From a virus (lineage: Duplodnaviria; Caudoviricetes), in the IMG/VR virus record IMGVR_UViG_2595698357_000001, positions 32,001 through 96,000 of that record: a stretch of 64,000 nt of DNA, one strand, 5' to 3'. Below the pieces are notes generated by a model. It was not told the DNA's origin. It ran no database searches and saw only the letters and a program-made list of their open reading frames with translations. Below are positions 36,329 through 45,770 of the stretch, piece after piece. A program made the translations under genes and the position numbers. Every line of letters starts with the position of its first letter. Positions within the stretch are counted from its first letter, which is position 1.

Positions 36329-37828
36329 ATGGCACATGTCTACATCGAGAAAGTGAATGAAGTCCGCATGCGAGTCATCTGCAACGATGAAGGGTTCCAC
36401 GCGGATCTCTATGAGTATTTCAAATTCCCCGATCCGACATTTGAGCCAACTTCTTTCTCACGTTGGGATGGGATGGTTCGCTTCTATCAAAAATCCAGCG
36501 GTTTGATCGATATCGGCCTGCTGTTCCAATTGTTCCAGTTCGTCCGTGAGAACGGCCACACCATGGAGCTTGACCCTCGCCTGAAGTATGTCAATGACAC
36601 CACAGCTGAGGAGATTAAGGAATACCTGATGGAGCTGAACATGAGCATCCGTATGGAGGATGGCTCCTACTCCCATGCGGAATCTCGCGACTACCAATTT
36701 GACTGCGTGTGGACTGCTATCAAACAGACCAGATGCGTCCTCCAGGCGGCGACCTCTGCCGGTAAGTCCATGGTGCTCTACGTTATGGCGCGCTACTACA
36801 GAGGGCGCAGAGAGGCACTCCAGAGCTCCCTGAAGACCCTCATCGTCGTGCCCAGTGTCCACCTGGTGACTCAGCTGTTTGACAACTTTGTTGAATACAG
36901 CCACTTCAACGGGTTCAACTCCGACAGCAATGTCCACCTCATCTATGGTGGCGCTGAGAAGGATACCACCAAACCTATCGTGATCTCCACGTGGCAGGGC
37001 ATCCAGGATCAACCGAAGGAGTGGTTCCAACAGTTTGGTGATATTGTCGTGGATGAGGCGCACACCGCCAAGGCCGAGAAGCTGTCGTACATCATGAATA
37101 GCTGTGTCAACTGTGATCAGCGCCTGGGACTTACCGGTACGCTGGCCAATGATGACCTCAATGCCATGCGTGTTCTGTCCCATTTCGGCGCCTTCAAGAA
37201 GATCATCACGGCGCGTGAGCTGATTGACCAGGGTTATGCTGCTGACATCGAGATCATGATGGTTGAGCTGCAGTATGGAATGGAAGACCGGCACAAGGTA
37301 ACGGCTGACTACAAGCAGGAGATTGAGTTCCTCATCAGCCATGATCTGCGTAACAAGTTCATCCTGATGCTGGCCAAGACCCTCAAGGGGAACACTGCCA
37401 TTATGTTTGACCGGGTAGACGCCCACATGAAGGTCATCTTTGAAGAGCTGTGTAAGGCCAAGGACAACGTCTACATGATCAATGGTGAAGTCCCACCGAA
37501 GGTCAGAGCGCAGATACAGAAGGCAGTTGAGGCCGGGGATGAGGTGACACTGTTGGGTACATACGGGACAATGCAGCAGGGTGTGAGCATCAAGAAGCTT
37601 CATAACCTAGTGTTGGCTCATCCATCCAAGTCATACATCCGTGTTATCCAGACCCTGGGGCGTCTCATGCGTATGCATAGCAGCAAACAGAAAGCCCGCA
37701 TATTTGATATGGTGGACAATCTGTCGCTGCGCGGAAGACCGAATCATGCTCTGAGACACTCTATTGAACGTCACCGTTTCTACAAGGAAGAGAAGCACCC
37801 GGTGACGATGAAGAAGGTCGCGTTGTAG
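36329..37828 (+). CDS. uvsW: DNA helicase UvsW
   Basis: RDYQ, TSAGKS, STWQ, DEAH, GLTGT and Q.LGR.MR motifs. CTAAATA at 36294. Confidence 0.95.
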   Translation: MAHVYIEKVNEVRMRVICNDEGFHADLYEYFKFPDPTFEPTSFSRWDGMVRFYQKSSGLIDIGLLFQLFQFVRENGHTMELDPRLKYVNDTTAEEIKEYLMELNMSIRMEDGSYSHAESRDYQFDCVWTAIKQTRCVLQAATSAGKSMVLYVMARYYRGRREALQSSLKTLIVVPSVHLVTQLFDNFVEYSHFNGFNSDSNVHLIYGGAEKDTTKPIVISTWQGIQDQPKEWFQQFGDIVVDEAHTAKAEKLSYIMNSCVNCDQRLGLTGTLANDDLNAMRVLSHFGAFKKIITARELIDQGYAADIEIMMVELQYGMEDRHKVTADYKQEIEFLISHDLRNKFILMLAKTLKGNTAIMFDRVDAHMKVIFEELCKAKDNVYMINGEVPPKVRAQIQKAVEAGDEVTLLGTYGTMQQGVSIKKLHNLVLAHPSKSYIRVIQTLGRLMRMHSSKQKARIFDMVDNLSLRGRPNHALRHSIERHRFYKEEKHPVTMKKVAL

Positions 37829-38167
37829 TCACTGATTGACGTAGGCCGGGGATGCCTCGGCCAATTCTTCTTTCACGATGCCGAAGAAGCCGGCAAGCCG
37901 TTCTGGCGCGCCATCGAAGTCACTGAGTTTCAAACCACGGATGAGTTCCTTTGTCAGAACATCCTCATCCCCACAGATTCGAAGAGATGTCGTCCCCAAA
38001 TCACCTGAATAACAGATATATAATCCTGCTGGTCCGTTCTTTTCTACAGACTTTGTATGAAGTGCGGCTGCGTGAGCATCAACATGGTGTTCACTCCGGT
38101 ATAATGTCGCTAAATGAAAATTAACTTTCATTTCTGTTTTGCCTACTAATGTAATCGTGTGCTTCAT
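37829..38167 (-). CDS. hypothetical protein (AT-rich, divergent from clamp operon)
   Basis: 112 aa ORF with GAG SD-like sequence. Possible GTCAAT-N13-TATGGT promoter upstream. Confidence 0.6.
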   Translation of the reverse strand: MKHTITLVGKTEMKVNFHLATLYRSEHHVDAHAAALHTKSVEKNGPAGLYICYSGDLGTTSLRICGDEDVLTKELIRGLKLSDFDGAPERLAGFFGIVKEELAEASPAYVNQ

Positions 38168-38288
38168 ATATTGAATCTCTGTTGGTTAACCTTATATTAA
38201 GGTAATGGTGTAGCCCGTTTAGAGCTACCATAAATTAAATTTGCTATTGACTAAAAAGTGCTTGGACAACGAACTATCCGCCACTACT

Positions 38289-38401
38289 ATTCGAGTTGTT
38301 GTGAGCGAAGCGAACTACAACGAGAATTGCTCTTGACCTTATCCGAGCGAAGCGAGTGATTAATATTAATACTATTATTTATATTAAATCAAATAATATA
38401 A
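38289..38401 (+). other. candidate replication origin: two GAGCGAAGCGA hairpins plus AT-rich tract
   Basis: 11-mer repeat at 38303 and 38345, each in a stem. About 43-nt nearly pure A/T tract follows. Lies in the largest non-coding gap of the window. Confidence 0.5.
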
Positions 38402-38424
38402 CGCCCGCGCGAGCCTTTATTTGC

Positions 38425-38453
38425 TTGCATCCTAACACCGCATGTGGTATAAT
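38425..38453 (+). promoter_or_regulatory. sigma70-type promoter for clamp operon
   Basis: TTGCAT-N17-TATAAT with extended TG. A second GTCATT-N14-TATAAT follows. Confidence 0.75.
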
Positions 38454-38526
38454 TTTGTCATTGAAGTAAACCCGCATATAATGCTAATCGTCGTCAAACA
38501 AACCCCCTTAATAGGAAAGAGAACAT

Positions 38527-39195
38527 ATGTCATCGATTAAACTGTCTGAACGTACTTCAGTGCTGTTGGCCAACGCTGCGACCATCAGCCCGTCCATCGT
38601 ACTCCAGCCGGGTAAATTCCTGCGCACCATCAGTGATTCGTCTTCTATCCTGATGATCGCTCAGATCGAGGAAGAGTTCCCGCACGAATTCCCGATCCTG
38701 GATATCTCCAAGCTGCTGTCCATCCTGAAGCTGAAAAACTTCAAAACCTGTGACCTCGACTTCACCACCGACAAAGTCGTGCTGAAGGGCGATAAAGTTG
38801 AAGCCACCTTCTGGCGTTCGGCCAAAGAGCTGACCACCCTGCCGCCGGACGGTCTGGTTCTGGAGAACCAAGACTACCAAGCAGAAATCTCCCACGATCA
38901 GCTGAGCGAATTCATTCGTGCGTGTTCGGTGCTGGGCCACAAAATCGCCAAGCTGGTCAACTCCGGTGGTAAGTCGTACCTGGTCGGCACCAACCCGGAA
39001 ATCGACAACTCCAACGACTACACCCTGGAGCTGGGCGAAACCGATATGGGCGACTGCAGCCTGATGGTCGAAGTGGGCAACCTGAAAGTTGTTGAAGGTA
39101 ACTACACCATTAAAGCCTACGCTGAAACCCAGGTTATCAACCTGGTCAGCGCCGATGCATCGATCAACTATTACATCGGCATGCATCTGGATTAA
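38527..39195 (+). CDS. gp45: sliding clamp gp45
   Basis: MKLS..T..LL.N.ATI.PSI....G, EEFP.EF.I.D...L.S and N.K...GNY motifs. Synteny with gp44/62. Confidence 0.92.
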   Translation: MSSIKLSERTSVLLANAATISPSIVLQPGKFLRTISDSSSILMIAQIEEEFPHEFPILDISKLLSILKLKNFKTCDLDFTTDKVVLKGDKVEATFWRSAKELTTLPPDGLVLENQDYQAEISHDQLSEFIRACSVLGHKIAKLVNSGGKSYLVGTNPEIDNSNDYTLELGETDMGDCSLMVEVGNLKVVEGNYTIKAYAETQVINLVSADASINYYIGMHLD

Positions 39196-39267
39196 TTCCG
39201 CGCTATAATACTCCGGGCGGGAAACCGCCCTTTGATTTGAATTCTCCTACAACATTTGAGGTAGAGC

Positions 39268-40263
39268 ATGTCTGATATCACGATCCAAACGGATCAATAT
39301 GCTTGGGAAAACAAGTATCGTCCTGGTAAAATCTCCGAGATCATCCTTCCGCGAAACGTTCGCTCCGAGATTGAGGGCTTTATCGCTGACGGTAAGGGTA
39401 AGATCCCGTCGTTCCTGTTCTACAGCCCGTCTCCAGGCACCGGTAAGACCACCACGGCCTTGGCTGTGTGTAATGACATCGGCTGTAAGAAGCCTCTGTT
39501 TATCAACGCCTCACTGCATACTTCCATCGACACCATCCGTGATTTGGTGACACAGTATGCAACCGGCGCGAGCGTGTTCGGTGGCCGTAAGGTCGTCATC
39601 CTGGACGAAGTTGAGCGCCTGAGTACAGCGGCGCAGGAGTCCCTGAAAGGCCTCGTGGAGATGGTGGCGTCCATCTGCTCGTTTGTGTTGACCACCAACG
39701 CCAAGCAGCGCGTCGTGGAGCCTCTGCGCTCTCGTTGCCGTGAGATCGACTTCATCTGGTCAGCGGAAGAAGCCATGGAAGTGCAGTCTCAGTTCCTGCG
39801 CCGCTGTACCGAAATCCTCAATCTGGAAGGTATCCCGTTTGAGATCCCTGTGCTGGCGTCCATCGTCAAGCGCCACTTCCCTGACAACCGCAAGATCCTG
39901 GGCATCCTCCAGAAGAACGCTGTTACCTTCAAGACTGTTGACCAGCGCGCTCTGGTTCAGTTGAAATCTGGCGACCTGGCTGTAGTGGCCACCCTTCTGA
40001 AGGAGAACAAGTGGGGTGAGATGAAGCAGTGGGTGACCGACAACCAGAACTATCTGACGGAAGACCTGTACAGCAAATTCTTCAAGCTGTGCGTTCCTGA
40101 TGACCCGGAAAAGCCGAAGCTGGTAGAGAACGGTTGCATCCCAACCCTGGTGTTCGTCTGTGGCGACGCCCAGTCTAAGCACCGTATGGTTGGGGATTTG
40201 TGGCTGCATGCCGTGTACTTCTTCACCAACGTGATGTTAGAGCTCGAAGGGAAATGGAGATAA
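39268..40263 (+). CDS. gp44: clamp loader ATPase gp44
   Basis: W.NKYRP, PGTGKTT, INAS, ILDE, PLRSRC and FPD.R motifs. Confidence 0.95.
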   Translation: MSDITIQTDQYAWENKYRPGKISEIILPRNVRSEIEGFIADGKGKIPSFLFYSPSPGTGKTTTALAVCNDIGCKKPLFINASLHTSIDTIRDLVTQYATGASVFGGRKVVILDEVERLSTAAQESLKGLVEMVASICSFVLTTNAKQRVVEPLRSRCREIDFIWSAEEAMEVQSQFLRRCTEILNLEGIPFEIPVLASIVKRHFPDNRKILGILQKNAVTFKTVDQRALVQLKSGDLAVVATLLKENKWGEMKQWVTDNQNYLTEDLYSKFFKLCVPDDPEKPKLVENGCIPTLVFVCGDAQSKHRMVGDLWLHAVYFFTNVMLELEGKWR

Positions 40264-40266
40264 CAT

Positions 40267-40698
40267 ATGGCCGGTCTCTTTGATTATCGTAATTCCCTCA
40301 TGGGCGACAACGCCGTTGCAGGGGTTAAGGTCAATCTTCTGGAGACCAACGACCCAGAAATCAAGAAGGGGTTTGACCCCTTCATGGTACGCCGGGCGTT
40401 GGCCCAGAGCAAAGATGTAATCGTGTGTGCTGAGGAGATGAACCTCTTACATCATGTCGACCCTTGGATGCAGTGGAATTACGCTTTTTATTCAATAAAG
40501 CCAAAAAAGCGTTATGATAAATGGTCTAAGAAAGGTGCGGCAAACGAGGACATCACTCTTTTGTGTGACTATTTCCAGATCAGCCCCGAGAAAGCCTCGG
40601 ATTATATGGGCTTCCTGTCTGAGGAAGTTATCGCGGAGATTCGTCTCCGTGTTGAAAACCAAGCGAACGACAACGTTAAACCTAAAAAGGTTAAATAA
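40267..40698 (+). CDS. gp62: clamp loader small subunit gp62
   Basis: PFMV.RAL...D, EMN and KKRY.KW.K motifs. Synteny. Confidence 0.9.
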   Translation: MAGLFDYRNSLMGDNAVAGVKVNLLETNDPEIKKGFDPFMVRRALAQSKDVIVCAEEMNLLHHVDPWMQWNYAFYSIKPKKRYDKWSKKGAANEDITLLCDYFQISPEKASDYMGFLSEEVIAEIRLRVENQANDNVKPKKVK

Positions 40699-40731
40699 GT
40701 AATTGTTTGCTATTGGTTTAAGGAGATTGTC

Positions 40732-41223
40732 ATGCCCCGTAACACGCTGGATATACTGTCCTTGTCGGCAGTAGATCACGAAGATGAAATTTTGGATTGC
40801 CTGGTTGAAGTGGATCTGGACACCAGCAAGGCGCGCGACACGTTCTTCATGATCACCGAGACGCTAACCCGTGTCGGTGTCAACCCGAAGAACGAGGGTG
40901 GTGAGCCAAAGAATGTGCTGTACCAGACCTGCCACATTACCCAGCGCGGCGGGAAATATTACATCGTCCACTTCAAGCATTTCTATATGTTTGAGGGGCG
41001 GCGTAACGGGTTGTGCCGGGAGGACATCCTGCGCATGAACCGGATTATCCGTCTGCTTGAGCAGTGGGGTATGATCAAGATCAAGCACCCTGAACAGATC
41101 ACTGAGCTGGCCCAGCTGGCTCATATCAAAGTTGTAAAACACCATGATGCCGTCAACTGGACTCTGCTACCAAAGTACGATGTTCACAAGGGCAACCGTC
41201 AATCATCTCGGAGAGATAAATGA
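40732..41223 (+). CDS. regA: translational repressor RegA
   Basis: ETLTR.G, LYQ.CHI...G.YYIVHFK, N.I..LL..W and W.L.PKY motifs. Confidence 0.93.
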   Translation: MPRNTLDILSLSAVDHEDEILDCLVEVDLDTSKARDTFFMITETLTRVGVNPKNEGGEPKNVLYQTCHITQRGGKYYIVHFKHFYMFEGRRNGLCREDILRMNRIIRLLEQWGMIKIKHPEQITELAQLAHIKVVKHHDAVNWTLLPKYDVHKGNRQSSRRDK

Positions 41224-41795
41224 AAACCACCTTTGAAAAAGTATCAGCTTTAAACCTGGCCTTCGGCAACTCTAAAGGCGACGTACTGAACCCAGACCCG
41301 GCGACCGTGCTCAAGCAAGCCGCTCTGTGTCTGGAAGAAGCCGTTGAGATGATCCAGGAAGGTTTCCCCGGCGTGAAGCTGGTGTTGGGTGTTGACGCCA
41401 AAGGCCGTCAGGTGGTCACCCTGGACAAGAGCGCCTGGGATGGTCAGGTTGATCTGGTGCAGGTTCTGGACGCTCAGGGCGACATGACTACCGTGAACGA
41501 CGGTGTGGCTCATATCGTCGGTGTTGACGGCAACCGCGTCTATGATATCGTTGACGCTTCCAACCGCACCAAGTTCATCCGTTGCCAAGAAGAAGTCGCC
41601 CCGGCGCTGCAGTATTACTTTGACAAGGGCTTCAACCGTGGTGATCTGTACCTGGAAGGCGACTTCCCGGAAATGTGCATCAAGGTGACTGCCGACATCA
41701 CGGTGCAGGGCAAGTTCTACCCACGCGACAAATTCCTGAAGAACGTGGCGACCTTCAAAGAGCCTGACTTCAGTGAGATCTTGGCCGGCGAATAA
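41220..41795 (+). CDS. MazG/PRA-PH-like NTP pyrophosphohydrolase
   Basis: EE..E, D...D...V..G and V.ASN.TK all-alpha NTP-PPase motifs. Confidence 0.8.
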   Translation: MKTTFEKVSALNLAFGNSKGDVLNPDPATVLKQAALCLEEAVEMIQEGFPGVKLVLGVDAKGRQVVTLDKSAWDGQVDLVQVLDAQGDMTTVNDGVAHIVGVDGNRVYDIVDASNRTKFIRCQEEVAPALQYYFDKGFNRGDLYLEGDFPEMCIKVTADITVQGKFYPRDKFLKNVATFKEPDFSEILAGE

Positions 41796-41862
41796 CCCGC
41801 AATTTTAATCAATACAAGGGAGGGCTTATAATGGGCTCTCCCTTTTTCATTTGGTGGACGCC

Positions 41863-43053
41863 ATGAAAGACAAGATCTACGACATCCCCTATTGTGGTGT
41901 CGACGAAAATCGAATTAAAAGTGCCAATCCGGTTCTCAACCCGCGCGTTCGCCTGTACGCGTACCAGTGGATGGCAGAGCGCTATCAGATACACATCAGG
42001 AAGGACGTGTACAAGCAGCCTGCTCCCTGGACGGACAATCAGATACTACGCCAGGTCAAATTCTGTAACGTCCGGAGAGAGCACGACAGGCAGTCTCAGT
42101 ACCTCATCAAGAACATCGTCAACAGCAACCTCCCGCTGGCAGACAAGTTGTTCAACTGCGTGATGTTCCGCATGTTTAACCTCTGGGGACCGATTGAGGC
42201 TATTGGTGGACCATTCACCATCTCCGAGTTTGTATCCCTGGATCTGGACCAGGCGCGCTCCGACCTGACCAAATATGAGTCTGCTGGGAACCCGGTGTTC
42301 ACCAACGCGTTCAACACTGGTGGCCTGAAGCAGTCCCTGGCATTCCCTGAGCGCGCCGTTCACGCCGCTGACAAGGTCTCTGGAGAGACTGAAGTGCGTG
42401 TGTTCCGCTTCGGTGGAATCATTGATGAGATGCCGTACAAACAAGCGAAGATGCTCTTACAGAACAACCCTGGTGAGTACGTGATTGAGGGGCGTGAGAC
42501 CCATATGGGCATGCGCGTCGTGCGGTTCCTCAAGCAGTACATGACGGAATTCCCGCACTACTTTGACGGTATCTTGGAGCTGGACAGCCCGCAGGAAGTC
42601 TATGAGTGCCTCCTGAACGACATTGAAGGTCTCGGACCATTCCTGGCCTACCAGGTTTGGGTTGACTTCACCTACAATCCTGACTATCCGTTCAGCGAAA
42701 ACCATTTCACCATCGCTGGTCCAGGGTGTCGCAATGGCATCGACCTGCTCTTCAATCAGAAGGACGGGATGACCTACGAAGAATGCATATTCTGGCTGCG
42801 TGACAACCAGGATGAAGTCTTCGGACAGTACGGCTACAAGCGTGAAGAATTCTGGACGGGTGAAGAAGACCATGACTGTTGCATGAACGTGATGCAGCTG
42901 GAGAACATGTTCTGCGAAATCCAGAAGTACATGCGCTGTGTGGACGCTGTACAAGAAGGCAAAAAGCCGCGTGGTAAGGTCGGCTATGATGGTGCTGGTG
43001 ACAAACAAATCCGTACCGGCTCCGCTAATCTTCTCAACATGATGAGGAAGTGA
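41863..43053 (+). CDS. aGPT-Pplase1-family protein of thymidine (5-hmdU) hypermodification
   Basis: ER..I...K....PWT...IL...KFCNVRRE.DR.S, FR.FN, GLGPFLAYQ..VD and GPG...G..L motifs. Confidence 0.8.
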   Translation: MKDKIYDIPYCGVDENRIKSANPVLNPRVRLYAYQWMAERYQIHIRKDVYKQPAPWTDNQILRQVKFCNVRREHDRQSQYLIKNIVNSNLPLADKLFNCVMFRMFNLWGPIEAIGGPFTISEFVSLDLDQARSDLTKYESAGNPVFTNAFNTGGLKQSLAFPERAVHAADKVSGETEVRVFRFGGIIDEMPYKQAKMLLQNNPGEYVIEGRETHMGMRVVRFLKQYMTEFPHYFDGILELDSPQEVYECLLNDIEGLGPFLAYQVWVDFTYNPDYPFSENHFTIAGPGCRNGIDLLFNQKDGMTYEECIFWLRDNQDEVFGQYGYKREEFWTGEEDHDCCMNVMQLENMFCEIQKYMRCVDAVQEGKKPRGKVGYDGAGDKQIRTGSANLLNMMRK

Positions 43054-43054
43054 T

Positions 43055-43156
43055 ATGTTCAGCTTCAAAATGTCTGACGTCTATATCGGCCTGGGGATCA
43101 TTTTTGGTGCGGTGATCCTTCTGACCACTGGTGTGTGCTATCTGATTTGGGGGTAA
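43055..43156 (+). CDS. 33-aa single-pass membrane peptide (absent from ORF track)
   Basis: GAGGA SD. MFSFKMSDVYIGLGIIFGAVILLTTGVCYLIWG*. Confidence 0.6.
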   Translation: MFSFKMSDVYIGLGIIFGAVILLTTGVCYLIWG

Positions 43157-43159
43157 CTT

Positions 43160-43185
43160 TTCAATAACTGGTTATAGAGTAATAT
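43160..43185 (+). promoter_or_regulatory. TTCAAT-N14 class promoter
   Basis: TTCAAT-N14-TAATAT, with a GCACCCGG-AACCG-CCGGGTGC hairpin in the leader. Confidence 0.7.
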
Positions 43186-43253
43186 AGACCTCGTTAACCC
43201 AACGCACCCGGAACCGCCGGGTGCCATTTGAACTTGAAACAGGAACAACTACA

Positions 43254-45263
43254 ATGTCAAACTTCAAGAATTTCGTGCAGGCTGTCCAAACTCAGCTGGC
43301 GGCTATGTCAACCACAGGCCTGTATGAAGTGGGATTGACCAAAGATGAAGTCTGGAACACTTATCTGGACTCCTTCCCTGAAGGCACCAATCTGATCTAC
43401 AAAGAGCGCCGCGAGTATGACTGCAACTGCTGCAGCCAGTTCATCCGTGACGTCGGTCGTGTCGTTACCATCGTTGACAACAAACTGGTATCCCTGTGGG
43501 ATATTCAGGTTGAAGGTTACTATCAGCCTGTAGCCGACGCGCTGGCCAAACTGGTGAAATCCGCTGCTGTCACTGACGTGTTCGTCCACCCTTCTTCTAA
43601 AGTCGGCGTGGCGTCCAACAACGTGATGCAGGAAGACGGCCAGGTCAAAACCTGGAACCACTTCCACGCTGTTGTCCCGGCTCTCAACGTTAAGCGTGAA
43701 GACGCGATCGCATCCTTCCAGGGTGAGGTTCGTAACAAGCAAGGCGTGTTAAAGCGTGGCCTGGAAACGCTGACGCTGGAATCTGCTGAGATCGTCCTGG
43801 AGCTGATCGATCAGAACTCACTGTATCGCGGCGAAGAGCACCGTGCAGCTGTGGCTCACTTCATTGAAATGAAGAAAGAATTTGATGCGCTGCCGCAGGG
43901 CGAAGCCGACAACTTCATCTGGGTGGCCTACGGCAAGAGCACGTTCCAGCCTATCCGCAACACGTCCATCGGCACCATGCTGGTCGACCTGAGCGAGGGT
44001 ATGGATCTGGAAGACGCTGTTAAGCGCTTTGAGAAAGTGGTCGCTCCGGCGAACTACAAGCGCCCAACGGCCATCGTCTCCAAGTCGATGATCGAAAACG
44101 CTGAGAAGGCAATTGACGCCCTGGGGCTGACCGATTCCCTGCCGCGCCGTTATGCCACGGAAGCCGACCTAAACATCAACAACGTTCTGTTCGCTGACCG
44201 GGCGGTTAAGAAGTCGATGAGCGTGTTCGACGACATGAAGGGCGAAGTCAAAGTTGCGACCAAGTCCCTGGATAAAGTCGAAGAGATCAGCATCTCCGAT
44301 TTTATCGCCAACGTCATTCCCAAGGCACACAGCCTGGAAGTGATGGTTGAAAACAGCCATGCCAACAACCTGTTCAGCCTGATCGCCCCGGTAAATGCGG
44401 GCGCGCCAAACCTGTTCAAGTGGGGCAATCCGTTCTCGTGGTCTTACAACGGCGAAGTCGCAGCCTCTATTAAAGAGCGCGTGAAATCGGCTGGCGGTAA
44501 CGTTGATGGCGAAATGCGTATCTCGCTATCCTGGTTCAACAACGACGATCTGGATCTGCATGTGCATGAGCCTAATGGCGAGCACATCTACTTCCATCAC
44601 CGTAACTCCACGTCTGGTGGCATGCTGGACATCGACATGAACGGCCTCGGCGGTATGTCGCCAACGCGCACCCCAGTTGAGAACGTCTTCTGGCGCCGGG
44701 CTTCCAGCATGCGTGAAGGTGTTTACACCATCGTGGTGAACAACTACAGCGCCCGTGAAATGATCGACGTTGGCTTCGAAATGGAGATCGAGTTCAAAGG
44801 CCAGAAGTACAACTTCGTGTATGACAAGAAGGTCAGCACTGGACAGAACATCGTTGTCGCCAAGGTGAAATACAGCCACGCCAATGGCCTGGAAATTGTT
44901 GAAAGCATCGGCCAGACCACACTGTCGAAAGACCTGTGGGGCATCAAGACTCAGACCTTCGTTCCGGTGACCATGGTGATGAACTCACCTAACCATTGGG
45001 ACGGTGAAGAGACTGGCAACCGCCATTACTTCTTCATGCTGAAGGGTTGCCAGAACCCGTCGTCGACTCGCGGCTTCTACAATGAGTACCTGAAGTCTGA
45101 ACTGAACGAGCATCGCAAGGTGCTGGAGATCCTGGGTAGCAAACTGCGGGTTGAGCATTCGCCTGAGCAGGTGAGCGGTATCGGCTTTGAGAGCACGGTT
45201 CGCAACCACCTGTTGGTCAAGGTCGGCGGTTCCTTCAACCGTACACTGAAAATCGTATTCTAA
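43254..45263 (+). CDS. 669-aa protein with N-terminal CxCC motif and C-terminal YfaP/DUF2135-like beta-sandwich
   Basis: AGGA SD. YDCNCC motif; ISLSW..DDLDLHVHEP.GEHIYF..GGMLDID.N..PVENVFW..G.Y...V.NY. Confidence 0.75.
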   Translation: MSNFKNFVQAVQTQLAAMSTTGLYEVGLTKDEVWNTYLDSFPEGTNLIYKERREYDCNCCSQFIRDVGRVVTIVDNKLVSLWDIQVEGYYQPVADALAKLVKSAAVTDVFVHPSSKVGVASNNVMQEDGQVKTWNHFHAVVPALNVKREDAIASFQGEVRNKQGVLKRGLETLTLESAEIVLELIDQNSLYRGEEHRAAVAHFIEMKKEFDALPQGEADNFIWVAYGKSTFQPIRNTSIGTMLVDLSEGMDLEDAVKRFEKVVAPANYKRPTAIVSKSMIENAEKAIDALGLTDSLPRRYATEADLNINNVLFADRAVKKSMSVFDDMKGEVKVATKSLDKVEEISISDFIANVIPKAHSLEVMVENSHANNLFSLIAPVNAGAPNLFKWGNPFSWSYNGEVAASIKERVKSAGGNVDGEMRISLSWFNNDDLDLHVHEPNGEHIYFHHRNSTSGGMLDIDMNGLGGMSPTRTPVENVFWRRASSMREGVYTIVVNNYSAREMIDVGFEMEIEFKGQKYNFVYDKKVSTGQNIVVAKVKYSHANGLEIVESIGQTTLSKDLWGIKTQTFVPVTMVMNSPNHWDGEETGNRHYFFMLKGCQNPSSTRGFYNEYLKSELNEHRKVLEILGSKLRVEHSPEQVSGIGFESTVRNHLLVKVGGSFNRTLKIVF

Positions 45264-45320
45264 TCTGCCGGGGCGTTCGCGCCCCTAACCAAACAAACTG
45301 TTGAATTTAGGAGAAATACC

Positions 45321-45716
45321 ATGGCTGAGCAAAACATCTTTGAAGTTGCTTCCCGTAAGAAACTGCGCTTCAACACCGTGAAAGGTCCGATCTCTACTGA
45401 AGACCTGTGGGATCTGAAACTGGAAACTGGTGCTGTCAACCTGAACCAGGTTGCGCAGATCATCCATCGTGAGCAACAAGCCGCCGGTGAGGTGAACTTC
45501 GTGTCCACCAAGCCCACTGCCAACGCCGAGCTGGATCTGAAGATGGAAATCGTCAAGCATGTCATCGCTTACAAGATCCAGCTGCAAGATCAGCAAACCC
45601 GTGCGGCGGCAACCCGCCAGCGCAATGAGCTGATCACCGACATCATCGCGCGCAAACAGCAGTCTGAGCTGGAAGGTAAATCCATCGAAGAACTGCAGGC
45701 GATGCTGGACAAGTAA
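45321..45716 (+). CDS. hypothetical coiled-coil protein
   Basis: AGGAG SD. 131 aa, strong codon bias. Confidence 0.8.
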   Translation: MAEQNIFEVASRKKLRFNTVKGPISTEDLWDLKLETGAVNLNQVAQIIHREQQAAGEVNFVSTKPTANAELDLKMEIVKHVIAYKIQLQDQQTRAAATRQRNELITDIIARKQQSELEGKSIEELQAMLDK

Positions 45717-45732
45717 CCCCCGACGTCCTCAA

Positions 45733-45756
45733 CAGCCCTCTCCGGAGGGCTTTTTG
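45733..45756 (+). terminator. intrinsic terminator
   Basis: AGCCCTC-TCCG-GAGGGCT-TTTTT. Confidence 0.8.
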
Positions 45757-45770
45757 CTTAGGAGACAAAC

